Source: an uncultured Microthrixaceae bacterium
GTDB taxonomy: Bacteria; Actinomycetota; Acidimicrobiia; Acidimicrobiales; DATDAH01
Assembly: GCA_964470715.1 (NCBI GenBank)
Contig: CAYYDZ010000002.1
Coordinates: 591 to 64,590, forward strand
Length of the DNA stretch: 64,000 bases
Direction of reading: 5' to 3'
In this document: in pieces, positions 16,855 to 25,555 of the stretch
Numbering within the stretch: the first letter of the stretch is position 1
Layout: every line of letters begins with the position of its first letter
Position numbers and translations under genes: made by a program
The notes under the pieces: generated by a model
Told to the model about the DNA's origin: nothing
The model's input: only the letters and a program-made list of their open reading frames with translations
The model's database searches: none

Positions 16855-18414
16855 ATGCCGAAGCTGTTGGACGCCTTCGTCGCTGATCGAGGGGGTGACC
16901 TCGCCCTCGCCGACGAGCGGGGGGAGTCGAGCTGGGACGAGCTGGCCGAGCGGGTCGTGCGCCTCATGCACGTGCTCACGGGCGCCGGCCTCGAGCCTGG
17001 TGACACCTTCGCGCTCATGGTGGGCAACCGGCGGGAGGCCTTCGAGGCGTTCTGGGCCGCAGCCCACCTCGGGACCACCTACGTGCCGGTGAACTGGCAC
17101 TGGACCGCCGACGAGCTGGCGTACGTGCTCGACGACGCCGGTTGCAGGGCCCTCGTGGTGGACGAGCTCTTCGCGGACGTCGCCGAAGTGGCCCTCGCCG
17201 ACGCCCGGTCGGCCACGGTAGGGCTCGCTCTCGTCACCGGTTCCGCGGACCGGGGCCGCTTGTCGAGCTACGAGTCTGCACTCGCCGCGGCGCCGACGGA
17301 CGAGCCCGAGACGGCGCTGTTCGGCGGGCCGATGTTCTACACATCGGGCACCACGGGTCGGCCCAAGGGCGTGCGCGGCATGCTCGCGGGCGGGGCGGAC
17401 GTGCCCAGCGACCTGCTCCCGCTGGTGGCCGGCGCGGTGTCCGAGTTCGTGCCCACCCCCGGACGCACGCTGCTCGCCGGACCCGTGTACCACTCGGCCC
17501 AGTGGGCCTTCAGCTTCCTGCCCATGGTCGCCGGCTCCGCGGTGGTCATGCGCCACAAGTTCGACCCCGCCGAGACCGTGCGCCTCTTCGACGAGTGGGC
17601 CGTCACCAACGTCCACCTCGTCCCGGTGCAGTTCAAGCGCCTGCTCGACCTGCCCGACGACGTCCGCAACGGCCTCGACGGGTCGAGCCTCGAGGCGGTC
17701 TGGCACGGCGCCGCCCCCTGCCCGGCGCCATGGAAGCAGGCGATGATCGACTGGCTGGGCCCGAAGGTGCACGAGTACTACGGCTCCACCGAAGGCGCCT
17801 TCATCTCGACCATCCGGGCCGAGGACTGGGTCCGCAAGGGCGGAAGCGTCGGTCCGCCGCTGCCCATCATGGAGGTGCTGGTCATCGGCCCCGACGACGA
17901 GCCGGTGCCCCAGGGCGAGTCGGGCACCCTCTACTTCCGCAGTGCCCTCGGGAGCGACTTCGTGTACCACAACGACCCCGACAAGACCGCTGCCGCGCAC
18001 CTGGCGCCGGGCGTGTTCACCACGGGTGACGTGGGCTACCTCGACGACGAGGGGTACCTGTGGCTGTCCGACCGCAGGATCGACATGATCATCTCCGGCG
18101 GGGTGAACATCTATCCGGCCGAGATCGAGACCGTCCTCGCCGAGCACCCGGCGGTGGCCGACGTCGCCGTCATCGGCGTCCCCGACGACGAGTACGGCGA
18201 GCAGGTGAAGGCGGTGGTCCAGACCGTTGATGGCGTCGAAGGCTCCGATGCGCTGGCCGGCGAGCTCGTTGCCCTCTGCCGGGAGAAGCTGGCGGGCTAC
18301 AAGCGGCCCAAGAGCATCGACTGGTCCGAGGCGCTGCCCCGTTCGGCGGCCGGCAAGCTGCTCAAGCGCGAGCTCCGCCAGCCCTACTGGGAGGGCAGCG
18401 GCCGGAACATCTGA
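16855..18414 (+). CDS. AMP-forming acyl-CoA synthetase / fatty-acid-CoA ligase
   Basis: Part of ORF 16744..18414, starting at the ATG at 16855 (MPKLLDAF). AMP-binding motif [13 protein letters not shown]; also [24 protein letters not shown], and GKLLKRELR at the C-terminus. Confidence 0.85.
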   Translation: MPKLLDAFVADRGGDLALADERGESSWDELAERVVRLMHVLTGAGLEPGDTFALMVGNRREAFEAFWAAAHLGTTYVPVNWHWTADELAYVLDDAGCRALVVDELFADVAEVALADARSATVGLALVTGSADRGRLSSYESALAAAPTDEPETALFGGPMFYTSGTTGRPKGVRGMLAGGADVPSDLLPLVAGAVSEFVPTPGRTLLAGPVYHSAQWAFSFLPMVAGSAVVMRHKFDPAETVRLFDEWAVTNVHLVPVQFKRLLDLPDDVRNGLDGSSLEAVWHGAAPCPAPWKQAMIDWLGPKVHEYYGSTEGAFISTIRAEDWVRKGGSVGPPLPIMEVLVIGPDDEPVPQGESGTLYFRSALGSDFVYHNDPDKTAAAHLAPGVFTTGDVGYLDDEGYLWLSDRRIDMIISGGVNIYPAEIETVLAEHPAVADVAVIGVPDDEYGEQVKAVVQTVDGVEGSDALAGELVALCREKLAGYKRPKSIDWSEALPRSAAGKLLKRELRQPYWEGSGRNI

Positions 18415-18473
18415 ACGCCACCGCCCGGACGCCATCCCCGGTGGGTGTCAGCGCGCCTGCGTAGGTTGGCCCC

Positions 18474-18830
18474 ATGGCGTTCGGACAGGCAGCAGGGCCG
18501 CCGGCCTCCCCCAAGCGGGTGGCCGAGCTGGCAGAGGCGCTCGAGGCCCGCGGCTTCGACAGCTTCCGAGAGGCGCGGCACCCCATCGGCCTGACCCAGC
18601 GCCAGGCGGCCGGGAAGTTCACCAACGCCGAGGTCGACGAGCTGCTGGCCCGCCTCGAAGCGGAGGCCGACGGCAGCGAGGCGCCCGGGGCGGCCCCGCC
18701 GGCGAAGACGTCGGTCGCCGTGGATCGCCGCCAACGAGCGCGCGACGAAGAACTGGTGGTCCGCCTCGACGCCGATCTCATGGCCACCGAGCTGGCCAAC
18801 CGAGGGTGGTGCTGCATCCCGCCTGAGTGA
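18474..18830 (+). CDS. Hypothetical small protein (118 aa)
   Basis: ORF 18474..18830 with an ATG start and uniformly high third-position G/C on hand inspection. No family recognised. Confidence 0.5.
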   Translation: MAFGQAAGPPASPKRVAELAEALEARGFDSFREARHPIGLTQRQAAGKFTNAEVDELLARLEAEADGSEAPGAAPPAKTSVAVDRRQRARDEELVVRLDADLMATELANRGWCCIPPE

Positions 18831-18843
18831 ACGTGGGGCCCGG

Positions 18844-20049
18844 TCACCCGCAGGGGCGCCCGGCGAGATCGGCGAGCTCGCACCACGGGACCGACACCAG
18901 TGCCACGTCGGCGGGACCCTCGTGACCGGCGTCGTGGAAGCCGAACGGCATCGAGGTGGCGTCCCCGAGCGATGGGTGCGGGGCGAAGTGATAGCAGTTG
19001 AACCCGCGGTCCACGGCCTCGGGGTCGCACTCGACGGGCACGTCACCGGGCTCGGACCACGGCCCCTCGGGTGCCTCGGCCACCCGGATGCGCAGGGTCG
19101 GGTCGCCGAAGGCGCGGGGCGCGGCGGACACGAACGCGTCCAGCCGCTCGCTCCACGAGACGGAGAACTGCTGCGGGGTGAACCCGTCCGTGCCCTCGCC
19201 GCCCGGGAGCGGCATGTCCATCGGCGCGGCGGCTTCCACGGCACGGCGGAACGACGCTTCGCTGCAGTCCGAGGCGCCGGGCTCGTCGACGGTGCACGCC
19301 TGCCACCCGTCCCCGGGCCCGCGCCACACCGCCCACGACGCGCGCACACCGACGGGCTGGCCGACGGCCGCTCGCGCCACGGCACACTGCTGCTCGCCGA
19401 CCCAGTCAGGGGTCTCGTCGGGATGGCAGCCGTAGGCGTACTGGTAGCCGTCGGAGTACACGGCGCCGGCGCCGAAGACGACGTTGCGCTCGCCCGACGA
19501 CCAGGCGCCGGGGAACAGGTCCCATCGGTGCACCTGCGCGGTCCAGGGGTCCGTCGATCCGTGCCGGTAGACGTACGTGGCGACGCCGAAGTCGCCGGCG
19601 TCGGCCCGGTCGAGGAGGGACGAGCGACACCCGTGCACGAAGAAGGCGGTCACGAGGGTGGTCCCTGCCGTCGGCCCCGGTGCCGCGGTCACCCCGTCGA
19701 TCCACGAGGCCGCGCCACCCCGGTCCGAGCAGCGGCCGATGTCCGGTGGTGCGGGGGCGACGAAGTTCGACAACTGGAACGCGGGGCGGCGGTCGTCGGG
19801 CTCGGCGACCGCGATGGAGTTGGTCAAGCCGCCGGGCAGCGCGGTCGGGTCGCACACGACCCAGAGCACCTTGCCGTCGCCGAGACGGACGGTCCAGCCG
19901 CAATCGCCGTTCTGCGAGTCGACCCGACCGTCGGGGCTCGCCTCGAGTCGACGGGCGTGCTCCGCCGAGCAGCCGGCGATGGCGCTGACCAGGAGGAGGG
20001 CTCCCAGGACCGCGCCACCGGCGCAGCGAGCGGTCGACGCCTTCAGGAT
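18844..20049 (-). CDS. Cys-rich secreted lipoprotein (possibly DUF4185-like) with a non-canonical start codon
   Basis: C-terminal ~400 codons of ORF 18844..20460. A textbook lipoprotein signal (I)LKASTARCAGGAVLGALLLVSAIAGCS begins at ATC 20049..20047 / CTG 20046..20044. A GGAGG Shine-Dalgarno sits 6 nt upstream of the ATC. No ATG/GTG/TTG is available in frame nearby, and the upstream in-frame part is Arg/Pro junk overlapping the PPOX gene. Confidence 0.65.
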   Translation of the reverse strand: MLKASTARCAGGAVLGALLLVSAIAGCSAEHARRLEASPDGRVDSQNGDCGWTVRLGDGKVLWVVCDPTALPGGLTNSIAVAEPDDRRPAFQLSNFVAPAPPDIGRCSDRGGAASWIDGVTAAPGPTAGTTLVTAFFVHGCRSSLLDRADAGDFGVATYVYRHGSTDPWTAQVHRWDLFPGAWSSGERNVVFGAGAVYSDGYQYAYGCHPDETPDWVGEQQCAVARAAVGQPVGVRASWAVWRGPGDGWQACTVDEPGASDCSEASFRRAVEAAAPMDMPLPGGEGTDGFTPQQFSVSWSERLDAFVSAAPRAFGDPTLRIRVAEAPEGPWSEPGDVPVECDPEAVDRGFNCYHFAPHPSLGDATSMPFGFHDAGHEGPADVALVSVPWCELADLAGRPCG

Positions 20050-20417
20050 GGCGGGCCTCCGTCGACCCCCACGCAGTTCGGGCCGTCGCCGTCGGCCCCG
20101 GCGACCCGGTGGAGGATGGCCGCGTGGGGGGTCAGGTGCAGCTCCTCCGAGCCTTCGTGGCCGGTGGCGAGGGCGTCCACGATGAGGCTGTACGCAGGAT
20201 CGGCGGCGGGCGGCCAGAGCAGCGCGACCGCCGGGCGATCGTCCACGTTCCTGCGGGTGCGGCGCCCTGCACCCGCGACGAGCGCGTCGCCGTCGAGGCG
20301 CACGGTCACCGAGGTCACGTGGGGCGTGCCGTCCTCGTTCACGGTTGCGAGGAAGGGGTGGGGGCCGAACTCGGCGAGGCGGTCGCGCAACGCGGCGAGG
20401 TCGACGGGCACACTCAT
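20043..20417 (-). CDS. Pyridoxamine 5'-phosphate oxidase-family (PPOX / F420-type) small flavoprotein
   Basis: ORF 20043..20417 (124 aa). MSVPVDLAALRDRLAEFGPHPFLATVNEDGTPHVTSVTV... is typical of the split-barrel PPOX family. Confidence 0.7.
   Translation of the reverse strand: MSVPVDLAALRDRLAEFGPHPFLATVNEDGTPHVTSVTVRLDGDALVAGAGRRTRRNVDDRPAVALLWPPAADPAYSLIVDALATGHEGSEELHLTPHAAILHRVAGADGDGPNCVGVDGGPPS
20056..20060 (-). promoter_or_regulatory. Shine-Dalgarno (GGAGG) serving the non-canonical lipoprotein start
   Basis: The minus strand reads tcgacGGAGGcccgccATCCTGAAG. The spacing is 6 nt to ATC and 9 nt to CTG. Confidence 0.5.
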
Positions 20418-20534
20418 CGTCCCATCCTGCCAGGGGCAACTCGCCCTGCCCGGATGACACCGCGGTGGCGCCGCTGCCCTTCGGTCGCGACCCGACCCGA
20501 GGTCATCCTCGCCGATGGCCTGAACCAGCGTGCG

Positions 20535-21467
20535 CTACGGCTGGAGGACGACCTTGATGGCGCCGCTGGCTCGGTCGGCGGCAACGCGGAAGGCCTCGGG
20601 GGCCTCGTCGATGCCGAAGCGGTGGGTGACCAGCGCAGGCGCCAGACCGGGAACCGCGGCGAGGAGCGCGGCGGCGTCCTCGACCTCGCGTCGGCCGCTG
20701 TGGTGGCCGTAGCCGTAGCAGGCGACGACGTCGAGCTCCTTGATGGTGAGGGGGATGCCTGGGGCCGTGAGGTCCTCCCAGTAGGTGCCGAGGAGTGCGA
20801 TCGTCCCCCGTGCCCTCGCCAGGTCGCAGGCGGTCGCGAAGGCGGAGGACGTGCCCGCGGCCTCGATGACGACGTCGTAGTGGCCCTCGGCGGGCCGACC
20901 ACCGACGGCCTCGGCCGCGGCACCCTGGTGGGGATGGCGGCTCACCACGCCGACCTCGCAGCCGAGGTGGGTGGCCGCGGCGACCGCGGCGACGCCGAGA
21001 GTGCCCCCGCCGACGACGGCCACGCGCATCCCCGGCTCGACCCGGGCGCGGGCCATGGCGTGCACGGCGCAGGCCACCGGCTCGACGAGGCCGGCGTCGA
21101 GCACGTCGAGTCCGGCCGGCAGGGGGACCACGCATTCGGGACCCACGAGGACCTCATCGGCCATGCCGCCATCACTGGAGATGCCGATGGTCGTCGCCGT
21201 CGGGCACAGCTGGGTGTCACCGGCGAGACAGCGGTCACAGGTGCCACACCAGCGCACCGGCTCGATGGCCACCGGCGTGCCGTCGGCCAGCCAACCGGAC
21301 ACCTCGTGGCCCAAGGTCACCGGCAGGGGACCCCAGCTGATCAGGTGGAGGTCCGAGCCGCAGATGCCGGCGGCCGCCACCTTCACCACCACGTCGTCAG
21401 GCCCGGGGTCCGGCGCTGGGAGGTCGGCCACCTGCACGCCGTCCTCGGTGACCCGCACCCCTCGCAT
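20535..21467 (-). CDS. Zinc-dependent alcohol / threonine dehydrogenase-like oxidoreductase
   Basis: Part of ORF 20535..21506, starting at the ATG at 21467 (MRGVRVTEDG). Motifs: GICGSDLH, GHEVSG, CGTCDRCLAGDTQLC, VVGGGTLG. Confidence 0.85.
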   Translation of the reverse strand: MRGVRVTEDGVQVADLPAPDPGPDDVVVKVAAAGICGSDLHLISWGPLPVTLGHEVSGWLADGTPVAIEPVRWCGTCDRCLAGDTQLCPTATTIGISSDGGMADEVLVGPECVVPLPAGLDVLDAGLVEPVACAVHAMARARVEPGMRVAVVGGGTLGVAAVAAATHLGCEVGVVSRHPHQGAAAEAVGGRPAEGHYDVVIEAAGTSSAFATACDLARARGTIALLGTYWEDLTAPGIPLTIKELDVVACYGYGHHSGRREVEDAAALLAAVPGLAPALVTHRFGIDEAPEAFRVAADRASGAIKVVLQP

Positions 21468-21547
21468 CAGCGCTGGTCCCAGTGGTCGCGGCGATCCATG
21501 CGCCATCGTCCCACGGCGACCGTCCCCGCGTCCGCCATGATCGTGGT

Positions 21548-22138
21548 GTGTCCGCCGGCCGTCCGCTGCCCCTCGAGTTCGTGACGTCGGCCCCGACGGC
21601 CGACGATCTGCCCGACAACGAGGCCGAGCTGGCGGTGGTGGGGCGCTCCAACGTGGGAAAATCGTCGCTGCTCAACGCGCTGGCCAACCGCAAGCGCCTG
21701 GCCCTCGTGTCGAAGACCCCGGGGCGCACCCAGCTGCTGAACTGCTTCGCCCTCGAGGACGGCACGGCGGTGATCGACTGTCCGGGCTACGGCTACGCCT
21801 CGGCGCCGGCCGCCACCCGCCAGCGGTGGCAGCAGATGATGGAGGACTACCTGCTCACCCGAGAGCAGCTGGTGATGATCCTGGTGCTGGTGGACGGCGA
21901 GATCGGGCCGACCAAGCTCGACCTCCAGATGCTGGAGTGGCTGCGCGCCAACGCCCTGCCCCACGTCATCATCGCCACCAAGCACGACAAGGTGAAGGCT
22001 GCGAAGCGCCAGAAGCGCAAGAAGGACCTGGCCGCGGCCTGTCAGCTCGAACCCGGCGACATCATCTGGGTGAGCGCCGCCAACGGCACCGGCATCGACC
22101 GCCTGCGCGGTCTCGTGTGGGAGTGGCTCCAGCCGTAG
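21548..22138 (+). CDS. engB: Ribosome-biogenesis GTPase EngB/YihA/YsxC
   Basis: Part of ORF 21482..22138. G1 motif GRSNVGKSSLLNAL; also TPGRTQ, DCPGYGYA, ATKHDK. The start is uncertain. The GTG at 21548 leaves the family-typical ~31 residues before G1 and a divergent spacer to the ADH gene. Confidence 0.8.
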   Translation: MSAGRPLPLEFVTSAPTADDLPDNEAELAVVGRSNVGKSSLLNALANRKRLALVSKTPGRTQLLNCFALEDGTAVIDCPGYGYASAPAATRQRWQQMMEDYLLTREQLVMILVLVDGEIGPTKLDLQMLEWLRANALPHVIIATKHDKVKAAKRQKRKKDLAAACQLEPGDIIWVSAANGTGIDRLRGLVWEWLQP

Positions 22139-22258
22139 GCGGCCGGTGCCGCCGTCGCCCGGTGCCATGACCGGGTCCGGAGGCCGGTTCCAGGAGCGGG
22201 CGGCGTCATGACGCGCCGCATCCGGCCGGTCGTCGCGTCGGGTCGTACGCTCCGGCGC

Positions 22259-23083
22259 ATGACCACCGTCGGATCCACAGGTGCCGTCGAGCCCGACCCG
22301 TTCACGCCGCCGGAGCCCGCCGAGGCGCTGGCTCGCCTCGGGATGCCCCTCGACGAGGCGATGCGCACGCAACGGGCGGTGCGCCGCCTGCACCTGGCCC
22401 CGGTGTCGCACGACGTGCTTCTGCCACTGCTCGAGCTGTCGCTCAAGGCGCCCACCAGCTCGAACACCCAGGACTGGTCGTACCTCGTCGTGGAGGACCC
22501 GGACCAGAAGGCCCGCCTCGCTCGGCTGTACCGCCGGCTGTACCGGCTGTTCAACCCGGTCGTCGAGCGCCAGGCCCGTGGGGACGAGGCGGCGCTGCGG
22601 GGCATGCGCCCAGGGCAGTGGCAGGCCGAGCACTTCGAGGAGCTCCCGGTGTTCGTGATCCCGTGCTACGCCCGGAACCTCAAGCACCGACCGGTGGGTC
22701 GCCCGCAGATCTCGGTGGCGTCGTTCTACGGCTCGGTCTACCCCGCCGTGCAGAACCTCCTCCTGGCGTGCCGGGCCGTCGGCCTGGGTGCATCCCTGCA
22801 GACCCTGCCCATCTGGCACGTGCGTTCGGCGCGCAAGATCCTCGGCCTTCCCCGCACCATGAACCCGGTCTGCATCATCCCCATCGGCTGGGCCAAGGGT
22901 CGCTACGGCACCACCACGCGCCGTCCCATCGGGGAGGTCGTGCACCTCGACCGCTACGGCAACCAGCCGTTCCTGTCCGTCGCGGGGACCAACCTGACGA
23001 AGGGCGGCGGGGCGTTGAACGGGTTCGCGTCCGGCGGCGCCGGCGGCACCAAGCGCGGCCGGTCGCTGCCGAAGGGCGACTAG
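22259..23083 (+). CDS. Nitroreductase-family protein
   Basis: Part of ORF 22208..23083, starting at the ATG at 22259. MRTQRAVRRLHLAPVSHDVLLPLLELSLKAPTSSNTQDWSYLVV is the typical nitroreductase N-terminal signature. Confidence 0.8.
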   Translation: MTTVGSTGAVEPDPFTPPEPAEALARLGMPLDEAMRTQRAVRRLHLAPVSHDVLLPLLELSLKAPTSSNTQDWSYLVVEDPDQKARLARLYRRLYRLFNPVVERQARGDEAALRGMRPGQWQAEHFEELPVFVIPCYARNLKHRPVGRPQISVASFYGSVYPAVQNLLLACRAVGLGASLQTLPIWHVRSARKILGLPRTMNPVCIIPIGWAKGRYGTTTRRPIGEVVHLDRYGNQPFLSVAGTNLTKGGGALNGFASGGAGGTKRGRSLPKGD

Positions 23084-24102
23084 ACCAACCGCACCTCGGC
23101 GACGGCGGCGGCGAACGCCTCGTCGTGCACGGGGTCCGCCGGCACCTGGAGGAGCACGCCGTCGACGAGGTCGCCGTAGCGTTCGCCGAGGGCCGACGCC
23201 AGCTGGTCGTAGCGGGCGGAGACGACCACGGTGTCGAGCACGTCATCGGTGACCTGGGCGCCCAGCTCGTCCCATCGACCCGCCCGGGTGAGGGAGCGCA
23301 GGTGGTCGCCCAGCTCGGCCCAGCCGTGGAGCTCGAGGGTGCGGCGGTAGGCCGGGGTGCTGAAGAGGAACCCGAGCCGACGCCGGCGCTCCTCGCGCGC
23401 CTCGGTGACCGCTCCGTCCTCAGGCCCGGTGGCGACCATGGCGCCGGCCACGATCATGGGCGCCCCCTCCGAGCGGCCCGCCCGCCGGCGGCCTTCCTCG
23501 AGGGCGGGCAGGCAGGCCTCTTGGAGGAACCGGCGGTCGGAGTTGGTCGGGTGGGTCACGAACCCGTCGGCGACCTCACCGCCGAGACGGCAGGAGCGCC
23601 GGTTGATGCCGCCGAGCCAGATCGGCGGCGCGGGCCCGTCGAGGGGCCCGGGGTTGAACTCCGGCTGGAGCCGGGTCAGCCGGTAGTGGGGGCCGACGTG
23701 GTGCAGCGGCGCCGTGCCGGCGAAGGCGGCGAAGCAGGCCTGCACTGCGGCGACGTAGTCGGCCATGCGATCGATCGGGTCGGTCCAGGGCACCCCGAAG
23801 CGATCCTCGATGTTGGCCTTGATCTGAGTGCCGAGTCCGAGCTCGAAGCGGCCCGGCGCCAGCCTCGCCAACGACCAGGCGGTGAGCGCGCCCTGCATCG
23901 GGCTGCGCACGAAGGCCAGCGCGAGTGAGGTGCGTACGACGAGGTGATCGGTGTGTTCGAGCGCGAGGGCGCTGACGACGAAGCCGTCGTTGACCATCTC
24001 GGCCACGTGCAGTGCGTCGAACCCGAGGGCCTCGACACGTCGAGCGTGGTGGCCCACTGCGGAGAGCGGGAGGTGGGGATCCATGCCGGCGGCGACGTGC
24101 AC
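23080..24102 (-). CDS. Luciferase-like monooxygenase (LLM) class, probable F420-dependent oxidoreductase
   Basis: Part of ORF 23080..24168. Motifs: EALGFDALHVAEMVNDGF, FELGLGTQIKANIEDRFG, PIWLGGINRRSCRLGGEVADGFVTHP. The GTG at 24102 (VHVAAGMDPHL) fits the usual family N-terminus, but the start is uncertain. Confidence 0.75.
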   Translation of the reverse strand: MHVAAGMDPHLPLSAVGHHARRVEALGFDALHVAEMVNDGFVVSALALEHTDHLVVRTSLALAFVRSPMQGALTAWSLARLAPGRFELGLGTQIKANIEDRFGVPWTDPIDRMADYVAAVQACFAAFAGTAPLHHVGPHYRLTRLQPEFNPGPLDGPAPPIWLGGINRRSCRLGGEVADGFVTHPTNSDRRFLQEACLPALEEGRRRAGRSEGAPMIVAGAMVATGPEDGAVTEAREERRRRLGFLFSTPAYRRTLELHGWAELGDHLRSLTRAGRWDELGAQVTDDVLDTVVVSARYDQLASALGERYGDLVDGVLLQVPADPVHDEAFAAAVAEVRLV

Positions 24103-24225
24103 GGCCAGATCTTGGCCGACCGGGCCTACTCCAGGGGCGGCGGGTCGACCGGGCCGACCGGGGCCCATGTGCGCGCCCCGGCCCGAGTAGCGTCATCGTG
24201 ACCACTTGACCGACGAGGGGGCACC

Positions 24226-24642
24226 ATGCGCCGACCGCCGATCGACGAACGTCTCAAAGCCATTCCTCTGTTCCAGCGCCTGACCGACCGGCAACTCGCG
24301 TGCGTCGGTACCCTCGCGACGTTGCTCGACATCGGCGCCGGGCGAGAGCTCATCCGCGAGGGGCAGGTCGGACGCGAGTTCTTCCTCGTGGTCGAAGGTG
24401 AGGCCGAGGTCACCCGAGAGGGCGAACATCTCGCCACCCTGGGGCCGGGCACGTTCTTCGGCGAGACGGCGCTGCTGCTCGATCAGCCCCGGAACGCCAC
24501 GGTCGCAGCCAAGACCGACATGGTGGTCGAGGTCATCGAGCGTCGGGACTTCAAGGGTCTGCTCGAGGAGTACCCGGACCTCTATGCCCCCTTGCTCGCC
24601 GCAACCGCGCAGCAGCTCGGCGACGAGCCGGGAATCACCTGA
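24226..24642 (+). CDS. Stand-alone cyclic-nucleotide-binding (CAP effector) domain protein, no DNA-binding domain
   Basis: ORF 24226..24642 (138 aa). Motifs: IPLFQRLTDRQL, GREFFLVVEGEAEV, FFGETALLLDQPRNATVAA. Confidence 0.8.
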   Translation: MRRPPIDERLKAIPLFQRLTDRQLACVGTLATLLDIGAGRELIREGQVGREFFLVVEGEAEVTREGEHLATLGPGTFFGETALLLDQPRNATVAAKTDMVVEVIERRDFKGLLEEYPDLYAPLLAATAQQLGDEPGIT

Positions 24643-24646
24643 TCGG

Positions 24647-25555
24647 TCAGACGACGCCGAGCGCCGGATCACCCTCGGGGATGGGCGTCACGTCCACCGA
24701 GACGGCGAGCTCGTGTGACTCGCTCTCGGTGAAGATCACCCCCTTCAGCGGAGGAACGTCGCTGTAGTCGCGACCCCAGGCCACGGTGACGTAGCGGTCG
24801 TCGACGAACTGGTCGTTGGTGGGGTCGAGGTCGATCCAGCCAGGGCCGGGCACGAACACACCCACCCACGCGTGTGAGACGTCGGCGCCCTGGAGCCGCT
24901 CCATGCCCTGAGGGGGCTCGGTCTCGAGGTAGCCGCTGACGTAGCGGGCGGAGAGGCCGAGCGCACGCAGACCCGTGATGGTGAGGTGGGCGAAGTCCTG
25001 GCAGACGCCGGCGCCGCGGGTGAGCAGCTCATCGACCGTGGTGTCGACGTCGGTGGACCCCGGCTGGTACTCGAAGTCGGCGCCGATGCGAGCGGTGAGA
25101 TCGGCCAGAGCCTCGAGGAGGGGCCGGCCAGGAGAGAAGGACTCGGCCACGTAGTCGGCCGCCCGGGGGGAAGGGCCGGCCGCTGGGGAGGGCAAGGTGA
25201 ACTGCCGGGCGTCGAGCACCTCGGGGTCGGTGGAGGTCCGCAGGTCGGCGCGGACGGTCTCCCACAGGTGGCCACCGGCCGACGGCAGGAGCATCTGACG
25301 GCCCCTCACGTCGACCACGCTGGTGGCGGTCACCACGAGCGCCGTGTGCGGTTCGAGCACGGCGTAGTGGGCGACCCGGTTGCCGAAGAAGTCCTTCCGG
25401 ACCCGGTACTCCTCGGGGAAGGGGTCCACGGACAACGTGGTCGAGTAGCACCGCTGACCGGTCAGCTCGCGCGGGTGCAGGCGCGCCTCTCCGTAGGTCG
25501 AGAAGACCTCGCGGTCATAGCGGTACTCCGTGCGGTGCACGACCTTGAAGGTCAC
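24647..25555 (-). CDS. Transglutaminase-like cysteine protease-fold protein (Bact_transglu_N plus transglutaminase core)
   Basis: C-terminal 302 codons of ORF 24647..27397. I place the start at the GTG at 25555..25553, overlapping the upstream TGA (GTGA). VTFKVVHRTEYRYDREV is the typical N-terminus. The catalytic-type core is GAGVCQDFAHL ... SHAWVGVF ... WIDLDPTN (Cys-His-Asp). Confidence 0.8.
   Translation of the reverse strand: MTFKVVHRTEYRYDREVFSTYGEARLHPRELTGQRCYSTTLSVDPFPEEYRVRKDFFGNRVAHYAVLEPHTALVVTATSVVDVRGRQMLLPSAGGHLWETVRADLRTSTDPEVLDARQFTLPSPAAGPSPRAADYVAESFSPGRPLLEALADLTARIGADFEYQPGSTDVDTTVDELLTRGAGVCQDFAHLTITGLRALGLSARYVSGYLETEPPQGMERLQGADVSHAWVGVFVPGPGWIDLDPTNDQFVDDRYVTVAWGRDYSDVPPLKGVIFTESESHELAVSVDVTPIPEGDPALGVV

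Noticed and set aside
15688-18435. 915-aa minus-strand ORF opposite the acyl-CoA synthetase
   Set aside because: Same reasoning. The plus strand carries the AMP-binding motifs, and the minus-strand product is low-complexity.
21482-21547. Upstream GTG start for engB at 21482
   Set aside because: It would leave only 14 nt to the divergent ADH start and add 22 non-conserved residues. The GTG at 21548 gives the family-typical spacing before the G1 motif. This remains uncertain.
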